A DNA stretch of 63,567 nucleotides, filler included, from Rhizaria sp. SCN 62-66 (Eukaryota): NCBI GenBank assembly GCA_001724265.1. It is 3 parts of 3 records of this genome, joined end to end, with 100 filler letters (N's around TTAATTAATTAA, not from the genome) between each part and the next. Parts side by side here need not be neighbours in the genome. Positions count along the whole stretch, not along the records: positions 1 to 23,920 come from MEDY01000424.1; positions 24,021 to 47,698 come from MEDY01000425.1; 1 more part is not named here. One strand, written 5' to 3'. The notes beneath the pieces were generated by a model that did no database searches, was not told the DNA's origin, and saw nothing but the letters and a program-made list of their open reading frames with translations. This document shows, in pieces, positions 20,840 to 31,900 of the stretch. The stretch's first letter is position 1. Every line of letters starts with the position of its first letter. The translations under genes and the position numbers were made by a program.

Positions 20840-23482
20840 TTAATTTTTTTCGCTGCACGGCCGCGTGGCACATCGTGACTCAAACCAACGCAAACGCTCC
20901 TCTGTAAACGGCGGCCCGCCGTCAGTCTGTTCGTCGAATTTAGATAGCAAAGCGTCGTTGTGGCCGCAACACACCACGCGTCCGACTGGCACTGCGCCGC
21001 GCAACAGCGTTGCTGGGCAAGATTTGAAGACAACAAAAACCAGTAAAAGAGTCGAGCTTGGCGAGATCGTGCGTGGTCGTAGCAGCACTGTGCCGGCGGG
21101 GTACGTCAGAGTGTCGATGTCACTCGGGATCGTGTACTGGCCGAACACAGTGTCGGTCTCGGGCAGTGTAATAGGGCGAGGGAAACAAGGTGCGTTAAGA
21201 TCACCGAAAAAAAGAGCGACAAAGGGCGCATCCTCAGCGCGCAAGCCGGGGGGTAAACAGCATGTGTGCTGCTTAACGCCCTGCCACGCTGAGACTGTTG
21301 AGGCAAGATTGAAAAACGCAATATGGCAGTTGAGTTCATCATCGTCACCGTATGCCCCCTCCGTACTAACTACAAGTCGAAACGTGTTTTGCCGGACCTG
21401 GTAAGCGCTACGGGCGCCAAACACAACCATAAGCTCCTTCGTTGACGCCTGATTAGCCAAAAGTGTCTTCTCATTTAGTAGCAGCTGTGCGCGCCGCTGC
21501 AACAGCGACAACGCAGACAGAGACAGTTTACCATAGGCGGACGCTGGCGCGGGCGTGGATACAGACGCCACAGTTGGCAGAGAGCGTGGGAATCCATAAC
21601 CCTCAAGCTCCACCGCAATATACGCGTTGAACGCCTCCTTCCAGCCGCCCTTAAAGCCTTGAGCAAAGCGCGCCACGTCTTCAACCCCGCGCCGCCAGTC
21701 AAAATTTCCGGCCTCGATGAGTGCAAGACGATGTTTGCGCTCGGAATCGGAAAACAGCTTGCTACACTCGGGATCTGCATGCATAAGCAGCAACTCGTGC
21801 AGCACGGGGTTATTGTCGCCGTCAACGAGAGTGCAATCTGCCATCAGCAACAAGTCAAAAACTTTGCACCGCAGTTTGTTGGAGCTGTAGAACTCAACAA
21901 ATCGATTGGTCGGCACGTTTTCGCCTCGCGCGCGCTGCTCCCGCACGGCGTCAGTCTCTTCGCCCGAGATTAGTTTCCTAAGCACACGCAACAGTCGCGC
22001 CGTCATTGTAGTAACGCTGCTGATGTTGATGTGGGTGCTGCTGCTATTCGAGCTATCCAAAACGGCACTGAGCAGGCCTGAAGCAATAAACAGCTCACAT
22101 CGTGACAAATCGGGCATCCATGACACCGCATCATCAGCATTATCAAAGGGAAGTAGCATTGAAGGCCAGGCATCAGCAAGAGCCTCGATCAGCTTCATAT
22201 ACATCGGTAGACATTCACGTGCGCCCAGTGTAGCATTGCTCACCGCAATATAATATTCGTCGTCGATCAGCCAGGCACTCGCGGTCAAGTTGCTCATTGC
22301 ACGGTTCACCAGCACGCACCGCACATTGCGCGGCGGAGGCAACGCTGCCGCAAAGACACAGTGCGCCACAGTACTGGGTCCCTGCAGGAGACGCGTGATA
22401 AAGCAGATGTAGGCGGCGTTGGAGGCCGTCGTCGAATTAAGAAACTCGCGTTTCGCGAGGTCGTTTAACCTCGATTGGGTAAAGACACGCTCGACAACGC
22501 AGGAATCTAAGCATGCACTGCGGTTAAGAATAGCAAACATACTGTGCAGTGTGGCACCAGAGGCATGGTAAATCAGAGTAAATACACGGTCGAACACTGG
22601 GCTGAGGGCGAACGCGGCCAACAGGGCGTTGTGGGCCTCACGGTCACTCGTGTTCTGCCCACTGCCATTGTCGCTATTCTCACGGTCATCGCATTGAAAC
22701 AGAGCGCTTAACAAAGGCACAGCGGCGAAAAACAATTCACGCGAAAGGTGAAACGCATCATTGGGGCCATAGTAACGCATAAGTATGTCTGCCACGACGT
22801 CCACGATGGCGGCCACAGTGGTCATCGGCAGCGGCAAATCGTTGCCGTCACGGACCCCACCTTGATTGAGGACGTCACCGCTACCGCTGCCACAAGCCAT
22901 CAGCATTGCCTCGCACCAAGCCTCAAATGTCTCCACCTTGTGGGAATTAGGCAACGCATCGAACGTGATGTTGTTTCGCATGGACGCCATCAGAGCGTCG
23001 ACGGTGCCGATCCGCTCGGCGCGAGATTGCACCGGAACAGCGGAACGTGCGCAGCAAAAGAGACTGAGCAGGGGCAGGGCAAATAAACCTGTAGTCCCGA
23101 ACCTCTGCGCGTGGAAAGCGGTCAGCAGCGTTGGGAGAAGGTCCGACGTGGAGATAACTGCGCCTGCGTTTGCTGACATCGAACAAGCTCGGAAGATCGT
23201 GGTAATATGCATATGTTGCCAGGATGAAATTTGGACACCATTGCCGCAGTTTTTGGGTGGGCAGAGAGACTGTGTGAGAAACATAACGAAGTTAGACTCG
23301 ACCAAAGTCGCCATAAACTGGTTGGCGAACGCTTTTCCGACCCTTGGGATTTCAGAGCGGATCTCCTCCATTACTATCCGGTATTCGGCGTCATTGTAGT
23401 CGGGTGAGAGTGACATCATGTCGGCTAAGCACCCATTCAACGCCTTATGTGCGTCATCTTTGTGGTTCCTAAAACTAGACAT
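20840..23482 (-). CDS. ~880-aa protein: helical (possibly ARM-like) N-terminal region + the same divergent cyclophilin-like module as the MLKL-like kinase
   Basis: Long single-exon ORF with ATG at 23482. WKEAFNAYIAVELEGYGFPRSL, YPAGTVLLRPR and KSCPATLLRGAVPVGRVV match the kinase C-terminus. Confidence 0.75.
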   Translation of the reverse strand: MSSFRNHKDDAHKALNGCLADMMSLSPDYNDAEYRIVMEEIRSEIPRVGKAFANQFMATLVESNFVMFLTQSLCPPKNCGNGVQISSWQHMHITTIFRACSMSANAGAVISTSDLLPTLLTAFHAQRFGTTGLFALPLLSLFCCARSAVPVQSRAERIGTVDALMASMRNNITFDALPNSHKVETFEAWCEAMLMACGSGSGDVLNQGGVRDGNDLPLPMTTVAAIVDVVADILMRYYGPNDAFHLSRELFFAAVPLLSALFQCDDRENSDNGSGQNTSDREAHNALLAAFALSPVFDRVFTLIYHASGATLHSMFAILNRSACLDSCVVERVFTQSRLNDLAKREFLNSTTASNAAYICFITRLLQGPSTVAHCVFAAALPPPRNVRCVLVNRAMSNLTASAWLIDDEYYIAVSNATLGARECLPMYMKLIEALADAWPSMLLPFDNADDAVSWMPDLSRCELFIASGLLSAVLDSSNSSSTHINISSVTTMTARLLRVLRKLISGEETDAVREQRARGENVPTNRFVEFYSSNKLRCKVFDLLLMADCTLVDGDNNPVLHELLLMHADPECSKLFSDSERKHRLALIEAGNFDWRRGVEDVARFAQGFKGGWKEAFNAYIAVELEGYGFPRSLPTVASVSTPAPASAYGKLSLSALSLLQRRAQLLLNEKTLLANQASTKELMVVFGARSAYQVRQNTFRLVVSTEGAYGDDDELNCHIAFFNLASTVSAWQGVKQHTCCLPPGLRAEDAPFVALFFGDLNAPCFPRPITLPETDTVFGQYTIPSDIDTLTYPAGTVLLRPRTISPSSTLLLVFVVFKSCPATLLRGAVPVGRVVCCGHNDALLSKFDEQTDGGPPFTEERLRWFESRCATRPCSEKN

Positions 23483-23920
23483 CTTGAGTTGCTCGTTGGT
23501 ATGAATTTGTGAATCAAGAGGTGAGCAAAGCTCTGCACGGAAGTGAAAAAGCAAGACGCGAGTTTGGGAATAAATAATGAAACGTCGAGAATATGGAAAC
23601 AAAGAATGGAATTACAAAGTACGTCGGACATTTGGGATACTCAACAAAACACCAAACGACGATACGAATAAAGAGGCAAACACTGTTTAAGAGGAGACAT
23701 CTTGCCACCACAAAAGAATTTGACCGGTGGTACCATCTATGGTGACATCCTGCGTGCCTCAGATACCGGAAGCTTTTTGACGCGATTCTTTTAACTTTGA
23801 TGATGTCACAACCGACATTTAGCATAAAACACCAAGTCTCACAGGCTCACACTGGGACAAACACCACCCACGGTCGTTTCGGGCGGGTATATAAAGGTGG
23901 CGTTTCCTGTGAACACAGAC

Positions 23921-24020
23921 NNNNNNNNNNNNNNNNNNNNNNNNNNNNNNNNNNNNNNNNNNNNTTAATTAATTAANNNNNNNNNNNNNNNNNNNNNNNN
24001 NNNNNNNNNNNNNNNNNNNN
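23921..24020. other. Artificial contig linker
   Basis: N44-TTAATTAATTAA-N44, a spacer with stops in all six frames. Confidence 0.95.
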
Positions 24021-24340
24021 GGTAATCTAGGGATGTTTATTGGGGATGGGGGGTGCCTCAACATCACAAACATGTGGGGTGGGAGAGGCAAACGGCCCAA
24101 TTCGCGACCCCCGTGTCAACACCAACCACGAGTGTTTTTTTGTGTCGGAGCTTGACAAGTATGAAGAAGGCCACTCAGAGATACAGATGCAGGTTTGATT
24201 CGTATAATTAACACAATATTGCTTCGCGTATTTGAGACGTTTGGTGCGATTAGATTGAGGCCGCTTGACGATCAAATAATCGGTATACTAGTATCCTTCA
24301 AATCGGCGCCTCAATGCCGTATGCAAAAGCGAGGTGCAAC
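24021..24340 (-). mobile_element. Possible degenerate Tc1/IS630-type transposase fragment
   Basis: The frame reads ALRRRFEGY*YTDYLIVKRPQSNRTKRLKYAKQY...NKHP*. This loosely recalls the RRRL..., RLxFA and KHP motifs of Tc1-like transposases. It lies at a contig edge. Confidence 0.3.
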
Positions 24341-24544
24341 CCAAATTCCTCAATGATGGTATATCAACGAATTCAAGCGAACTAGCAATGATGCGCCATT
24401 TTAAAGAGCTGCACGTATTGAAATATATGTATTTGGGACTTAATATTGGTTAATATCTGTATACAGCTCACAATCATCACTTTTCCCTCGTCTACCTCGC
24501 TCAACACCACGGCTGTTATCGTCACCGCCATCCCAAAGGCATAA

Positions 24545-25279
24545 ATGTCGGCCTCTCTTGTTGCAACCGCATCATCGGCCACATCGCGGGCTCTTAACAT
24601 TGCTCTTCCGGCCATTGTTATTCAGTCTTCGCTCCAGTCCTGGGTTGCTAGCAAGCAAGGTAGACTGATTGACGATTTCAACAGCTTCTGCAGCAAAAAT
24701 AACGCGGACGCTCTCGTCGTCTGTTTTCTTGCCACAGAGCCCAAACTTGCGCGTCACATTGTCGTTTACTCGCCCTCGCCGCGCATTGCGTCCTCTCTTG
24801 TCTTCGGGCCATATCTTCCTTCTGATAGCAATACTAGCAGCACTGTCAGTGGAACTGAGGCGGACACGAGCTTCGCTGCTGCAGCCGCGACCGCAGGGCT
24901 TGCAGGCGGGTTTGCTCCTGACACAGGCGTGTTTGCTCCCTCTATGCTGGGGCTCACTCCGGTGCGCCTGTGTGCGACTGGCGTGGCAAGTCGCTCGTGG
25001 GACCCGTTTCACCCCGAGGAGCCTGCGCAGCCGAACTGCGGCAGTGTGGGCGAAGATGCTGTTTTGTTGACAACGGAGAATGCCAGCAATGCGCGCAACT
25101 TGCTATCAGCAGCTTTCCCCGTGAACAGCAACAGCAGTGTAAGTCTTAATAATGAGCTTCCGGTGTTGATGGCGTTTGAGCAAGCCGAGGTCGCGCACAG
25201 CCGTAAGCAAGTGTTGCCCCTCGTAAATGCAGTGGTGAAAGCAACGGCACGCGTGTTTGCGAACGGCTGCGATGTATGA
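24545..25279 (+). CDS. DHHA2 (C-terminal) domain of an exopolyphosphatase/PRUNE-like protein; N-terminal DHH domain absent, possibly a pseudogene
   Basis: Motifs F.....ADALVV, ARHIVVYS and terminal FEQAEVAHSRKQVLPLV. An in-frame TAA (24542-24544) immediately precedes the ATG. Ends in TGA. Confidence 0.65.
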   Translation: MSASLVATASSATSRALNIALPAIVIQSSLQSWVASKQGRLIDDFNSFCSKNNADALVVCFLATEPKLARHIVVYSPSPRIASSLVFGPYLPSDSNTSSTVSGTEADTSFAAAAATAGLAGGFAPDTGVFAPSMLGLTPVRLCATGVASRSWDPFHPEEPAQPNCGSVGEDAVLLTTENASNARNLLSAAFPVNSNSSVSLNNELPVLMAFEQAEVAHSRKQVLPLVNAVVKATARVFANGCDV

Positions 25280-25880
25280 ACGGCTAGTACGGTTACCGCC
25301 GCGTTGAAATAACATATTTATTTATACACCTGAATTGTGAATTGCACTGCGGGTGTCAGATGGCCGTCGTAGTCTCACCCACAATCACGGACATGCAGCA
25401 GCAACAACGACAGCAACAGCGACAGGAACATTTATTTGCGAGATTGTGATGGCCTTACTGGAGGTTTGGCATTTTGAAGCGAGACAACAATGTATAATCG
25501 CAGTGTGAAACTTTTGCGCTCACGGCCACAGGTTCGAAACCACCACAAAAACAAAAGCAGATCCATAGCATAACATGATGAAATCAAATGTTATGCCACA
25601 AAATGCACATATATGCACATATTGGCATCATCCTACTTGTGTAACTGCGTTGATTGTAAACCACATAACGATTGGGTCGTCGTTGTACTAGTATTCTCTT
25701 CAATAAAACATAAAAAGATGTATTTCAGCCGAGTATATATCCATCTGTTCAGCTTACAACAACTAATGATTAGGACCAACATGTACACTCGACAAATATA
25801 TTGTCAGGAACACATTAGTCAACAACTTTGAACTTAATACTCAAAGTCTGATGTCTTCAACGCTTGTTATGAAAAGTGTC

Positions 25881-26028
25881 TGTGACCATGGTGAGCAGTT
25901 TCAGTGTTCTGGAACTCTCTGGAACAACCCGATGGAATCGGCACCGCTTTGGTGCAATTCATGATATAATAATAACTCAATACAAGTCGACCTTTTTCAC
26001 TTGGACTTGGATCCTCTAACTCTAACAA
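25881..26028 (+). repeat. Dispersed ~150-bp repeat, copy 3
   Basis: TGTGACCATGGTGAGCAGTTTC...GGTGCAATTCATGA...ATAATAACTCAATACAAGTCGACC aligns with copies 1 and 2, although it is on a different contig. Confidence 0.8.
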
Positions 26029-26089
26029 TGCGACGTGAACATCAAAAGTCACTCGAAAGTCTGATGATGATGCGCTGGTGCTCAAGTTG

Positions 26090-28149
26090 TTAGCGCACCC
26101 TCAACTCATTGTCGTTAAGTTGTGCTGTCTCGTCAAAGCGCACAGCCTTGCCGCTCTTGGTTGCGTTCTTTGCCGTGACGCCGGCGGTCTTTGGAGTCTC
26201 AGCACCAACATCATTGCTGTCGTCGACCTCCCTGCTCTCGTCGCCATCAGCGTCATCCTCGTCTTCTTTGTCATCACCATCATCCTCTTTCTCGAACTCG
26301 TCATCGTCGACGTCGTCAATGTTGCCGTTGTCGTTCTCCGTGTTTGCCTTGCTATCAATGTTGTTCTTGTTATTGCCGCTGGCACAACCACTGACGTAAT
26401 CGCCTCCACTGTTGATGTTGCTCTACTCCGCGCCAGGCGCGGCCGCAACCTCATCCTTGACACTTCCCGTTCCTGTAGCGGTCCCTGACGTCGCCTTCTG
26501 GTTCACTGTCTCGCCAAGACTCTTCGTCTCTCCCTTTGCTTTGCTGTCGCCGCCCTTGGACTTGACACCAGTCACCTTCTTGGCGTCAACCACGACCATG
26601 ACCTCGTCCTCCGCCATGCCAATCTGCCGGCTGAAAGTGGCGAACATCTGCTTCTGCGCTGTCATGAACTGCTCCAGTACGGCCGCCACCTGTGCATCAC
26701 TCGGCTCAGCGCACAGCGCGACCTCGATGGGGTGACCGTAGACGACGGTAACCTCCTTGCGGAGCGGAACCCAGGTGCCGAAGTACCCGGAGAAGAAGAT
26801 CATGGGCATGCGGAGCACTGAGTACACCATCTTGTCCAGCCAGCGGGGCAGGTGGACTCGGCGGTACATGTACTTCTCACCTAAGCAAAGCACAATAAGT
26901 TATTGCCAATAATAATAGCGATCAGTAAGCGTGACATATTTTAAGGGTGCATTATTTTTAAGTCGAATGAATTCCGTAAGAGTTATGATGATATCTTCCC
27001 GCACGTGAAACATTGCTTCGTCTACATCAGGAACCGACGGTTTTCAAGTTCCATATTGACGGTTCGATGGCGTACCTAACGCGAGCACCGGCACCAGTGG
27101 CACACCGTGCTGAATTGCGAGCCTAATGAACCCTGAGCGCGACAGCAGCGTCGTGGCCTTGCTTTCAGGGTCCGTGGTCAGGATCTCGGCCGTGCCGCCG
27201 GGATACACCGCGGCGTTCAAGCCCTCACGGAGGCAACGGCTGGCCGACGAGCGGCGGGCGTCAATAGCGCCCAGCCACTGAAAATAAATAAATTTAGGTA
27301 AAGTGCAAGATGGGAATCGAGTGAGAGAGTGTAGGTGAGTGCGAGTGCTAGTCTTGAACAGTGCATAGAGCAAAGCAATTCAACTTGAAGCTCCTACATA
27401 TCAGCGCTCACATGTTGAGCACGTACGAGACAGAGTTCACGTGACCCGGGAATTGAAAACAGCATGCTTGCAGCAAAGATACGCGGGATCTGCAGTCCTG
27501 GGAAGAGCTGCTGAAAGATTCCTCCCCACATCGTCAGCCGTGAATGGATCAAAATGCCGTGCGGATACACACCGAAGAAGTACTGGCGCTTCGGGTCTAG
27601 CTTGGCGAGACGCGCGACTTCCATGTACCCCCACTCGTGCGTGTAGTTCCAGCCCCAGTGCGACTGCAGCCAGGGCCAGATTGACGCGCGCTTACAGTCG
27701 CGGCCTGCGCTGATGTCGCTCAGCTTGGCGACGTACCACGCCCAGGCGGCGAGCACGGCCGCGCGGGGCAGCATAAACGGGAGAAAGGACCAGAGGAGCG
27801 CGGAGAGCGAGAGTAGGACGAAGCCAAAGCAGATGTTGTGCACGGTGACGAAGCAGAAGGTGAACCGCGCGAGCTGGTGCAGCAGCGTCTCGCTGCCGGG
27901 GGCCGGCGAGCGGTCGACATGCATCGACGCCGGGGACCCGGGGTGCGCGGCGTATAGCGAGTCAGGTGCGCGTGAGAGCGTGGCGGAGAGTGGGAACAGG
28001 TGGTTCTGGCGGCGGAAGGAGATGACCTTGATCTCAGGCTCGGCGTCAAAAGCCGTCTGTTGAGATGGGGTCAGGGGGGTGTTCTCGGTGCCCAAGGGCC
28101 TGGATGAGTCGGCACCAGGTCTTGGGGGAAACGGAGTGGCGGATTCCAT
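26090..28149 (-). CDS. DGAT2: Diacylglycerol/monoacylglycerol acyltransferase (DGAT2 family); 3 exons; in-frame TAG before an acidic tail
   Basis: Exons 28149-27427, 27277-27076 and 26880-26090. Motifs YFFGVYPHG, VYPGGTAE and RSGFIRLA..GVPLVPV..LGE. TAG 26423-26425 is followed by 110 sense codons (D/E/N-rich) to TAA 26090-26092. Confidence 0.88.
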
Positions 28150-28986
28150 AACAGCTCTAAGGGAAAATATGTGCAGTTTGTAAAGGTATCAAACGACGAC
28201 GATGCAGTGAGTGAAATAGAAGGAGAGTCAATGGAGGTCACATCAAGAGGCAATCTGACGCATCAATATGGCTATAATTCAGCAGATACAAATGTAGGTG
28301 CAGATATAGTATAGTACGCCAGCAGTAGCACACTTGAAAACTGTTTTTTCAATAGCCATATCCAAAGTGACGATTAGATAATGCTTGTGTAATGATCACA
28401 AAGTTGATGTCGAGCCCTCGGCCGAGATGTCGAGCCGAGGGTCTCTGACTGACAGACCAAGCGACCCGTTGGACGGCAGGCTTCTTGTTTTCTGACGCCC
28501 GGACTGGTTTGAATTCGGATAAAAAAGGAATGCCGATGGACCACTTCTGAGCGTCAAATTCGATTTTTATATCCGCTACAACTGTCTTCATATGCGTAGA
28601 TATGTGTTCCGCTTATTAAATTTGTTACATTAAATGTCTAGATCTCCCCCGGGGCTCCTAAAACGTCCTTCTTTGAGGCGGTCTTCTCTCCTCCTCTTCC
28701 GCATATTTGCCCCAGTATATCTCTATGAAATTGAAGGCATAACAGCGCTTACTCTGTCAAATTGTTTTTTGTGTTTGATGGTTTTGTATAGCTACGCTCT
28801 GTATTAACAGGCGCTTGTGAAAGCTTTATAGTGCCACTTTTGCACGTCGCCGTTACTTGCTCATCTCTCGATTGTGACAGAGAGAGAGGCTCCGTACCCT
28901 CGCCTCATCCCAAGCGCGCTTGCGCCTCTGCCTGGACTATCAGCTCAGCCCTGCCGACACCTCATTTGGCGCGACCTTCACTGACG

Positions 28987-31900
28987 ATGTCGACCGCTGA
29001 CGGTGTCGCGGGCACAACGCCCCCTGTCGCGGCAGCAGACCCAAACATCCAGAACGAGAACGCTGACGACACCCACGCCGCCGCGGCCACCACTGAGGAC
29101 GCTGGTGACGCCCCAGCTCCCGAGGCCGCAGCCAGCATTTCTGAGAGTACTAAGACTAGGGCGAGTGCAAGTGAGACAACTGCGGCGCCGCTCCCGTCTG
29201 TTTCCGAAAACGCAGAAGGGTCCACTGATGCAGCGACTGCAGCGGAGACAACAGCGGCGGACACAGCGACACACGCGGTGACGGCAGCCAGCACAGATGC
29301 TCCTGCAGCCACAGATGCGCCCGCAACCGCCGAGGCCGCTGCACCGGCTGCAACGGCCGCAGCGACCGCTGCTGAGACTGGGGCAGCGGCAGCAGCTGAG
29401 ACGCAGCCGCCTTCTCAGCCGATCTCTGCGTCTGCCTCCGACGCTGCCGCAGACGCGCCTGCAGCTGCAGCGGCCGCAGATGCCCATACCACTGCTAACG
29501 CGACCAGCCCTGGCAGCGCTGCAGAGGTGGAGACTGTGCCCGCCGCCGTCGCTGCGGCTGCGGCTGCTGTGTCTGCCGCAGGCCCCAAGAAGGCGGCCCC
29601 CTCCAAGCCGGCCCCCTCGAAGCCCGCGCCCGCGGCCCCTGCCCCGGCCGTCCCTGCCCCCGCGGCGCCGAGTGACCATGTCGCTGCCGCTCCGTCCAAC
29701 TCTGCTGGCACCGACTCCGCGCGCGTGCCTGCTGATGCCGAAGCCAAGACATCTGGGGCTGCTGCGGTGACTGTCGTGGCCGCACCTGCCACCACCGACG
29801 CTGTCCCGGTTGCGTCCGCTGTGACGGCGACTGTGGCGGCGTCGACCCCGCCGTTGCCGCCCACCACGCCTCCCCCACAGGCGCCGGCGACCGCGGCGGC
29901 TGCGGTGACCGCGGGCCCCGCCGTGACTCGCACTGCCAGCACCACGTCCTTGCCCGCGATGCCCACGCTGTCGTCCTCGGCCTCAGCCTCCGCCGTGACG
30001 ACCAACCCGAGCGCCGCGACCGCCGCGGCCCCGCCCAGCCCCCCGGTCAACACCGCGAATATGAGTGCGAATGCCAGTGCAAGTGCGGGCGGCGGCCCCG
30101 GCGCGGCGGTCGTCACCCCAGGCTTCCGCGGGGGCACGCCCACCTTGTGGCGCCGCGGCAGCCTGCCCCGCGCGCTGTCCACCGCGCCCGTGCCCGCCTC
30201 GCCGCCGCTCCACAACAACAGTATCGCTAACTCAAACAGTAGCGCCAGCAGCAGCACCGCCAGTGGCGGTACTGTGGGACCGAGTCGCGCGGCGCCGCAG
30301 CGCGCGGCCCCCAGTCGCGCCCCGCCGCCGCCCGGCGGCAGCACCACCAGCGCCGGTAACGCCAACACTGCCGGCATCGCGCTGTCGCTCACCGCGCCGT
30401 CCCCCGTCGCCCAGAACAACAACAACAACAACAACAACGCTGGCACGCCGACGATGACGGCGGCGGCCGCGGCTGCGGGCACGAGCTCGGTGGCGACGGG
30501 CCCCTCGCGCCCGGCGCTGACGCGGCCCGGGACGGCGCGCCTCACGCGGCGCGGGCTCGGCGACCTCAACGTCGCCGCGGCCTCGCCCGCGCCGCAGACG
30601 CACACGCTCGCGAGCGGGGGCAACACGGCCGCGGACGACACTGCGAGTGCTGGCGGTTCCGCGCTCGGCACGAACCGGCGCGCGACGCGGCGCAGCAGCA
30701 TCGTCGCCGGCCTCGCCACGCCGGGGCTGCTCTCGGCGCAGCAGGCGCAAGCGCAGGGACAGGGAGGTCAGATGCAGCCGCCACAGCCGTCGGCGACGCC
30801 CGCGCTGCGCGGCACCAGCGCGCGCACGCGGCGGTCCAGCCTCGTCGCGGGTTCGGGCGGGTCCCTGCTACCTAACGCTAACGCCGGCGCCAACGTCAGC
30901 GCCAGCTCCGGGAGCAACAACGACCGGAACTCTGGCAGTGGCAGCGTGGGCAGGCCGCAGACGCCGTCGAACGCGTCCGGCGGCACGGCGACGCTGAGCA
31001 ACAACAACAGCAACAGCAACATGATGACCGCGGCCACCATGGGCCTGGGCAGCCCGACGACCCCCGGCTCGGCCGCCAACAGCAGCGGCACCAACCTCAA
31101 CAGCTCGACCAACGCGTCGGCGGCCGCAACGGGAATGGGGCCCAAAGGCCTGTCCATCGCGCCGCGCGGCCCCGGGTTCAGCGCGGCACCGACCCCCGCG
31201 CACGGCTTGCTCACCGCGACCCCTGCCGCTGGGGCCGCGGCGGCCCACGGCCACCCCGTCATGCCAGGCACGGGCAGTCACGGACACCACGGCGGCGCCA
31301 ACCCGGTGGGCTTCTCGCCCTTCGCGCTGCCGCCGGGGTACCGCGCGCCCGTGGAGTGGTCCGTGGACGACCTGATCGTGTCGCCGCAGCAGCTCGACGC
31401 GCTCTTCGGGCCCGGCGCGGGCGAGCAGATGATGCGCGAGACGCAGAACGTCGACCTCAAGCTGCTGCTGCTCAACGCCGCCAAGCGCACGGGGCTTGCC
31501 CCGACCGCGCCGCAGTTGCAGCGGGCAGCGGCGGCCGCGGCGGCGGCGGACGCGGCGGCAGCGGCCGCGGCGGCCACGGCTGCGACGGCAGCGGGCAAGT
31601 CCGGCAAGGGCAAGGACCGTGGCAGCGGGAGCGCGAAGGACAAGGACGGCGCGGGCGCGGACGACGGCAAGGACGGCGCCGACGAAAAGCGCCACCGCAG
31701 TCGCCGGCGCAAGCACGACGACAGGCGGCGCAAGCGTGGCGGCGGCGGCGACGGCGACGACGCCGAGTCTGACAACAACAACAACGACGGAGGCGACGGC
31801 AAAGATGGTGACGGCACGCGTCGCCGCCACCGCCGCCGCTACCGCCACCACCGCAGCAGCCGCCGCGGCACGGCCGCTGGCGCTGGCGCCGAGGACGGCG

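Noticed and set aside
23921-24020. TTAATTAATTAA inside N runs as a biological motif, and gene linkage across the gaps
   Set aside because: The identical 100-nt spacer occurs twice and is a six-frame-stop concatenation linker. Adjacency across it is not evidence of synteny.
24382-24615. Minus-strand ATREADIYAFGM resembling kinase subdomain IX
   Set aside because: It is an isolated motif with no other kinase subdomains, and it overlaps the better-supported DHHA2 frame on the plus strand.
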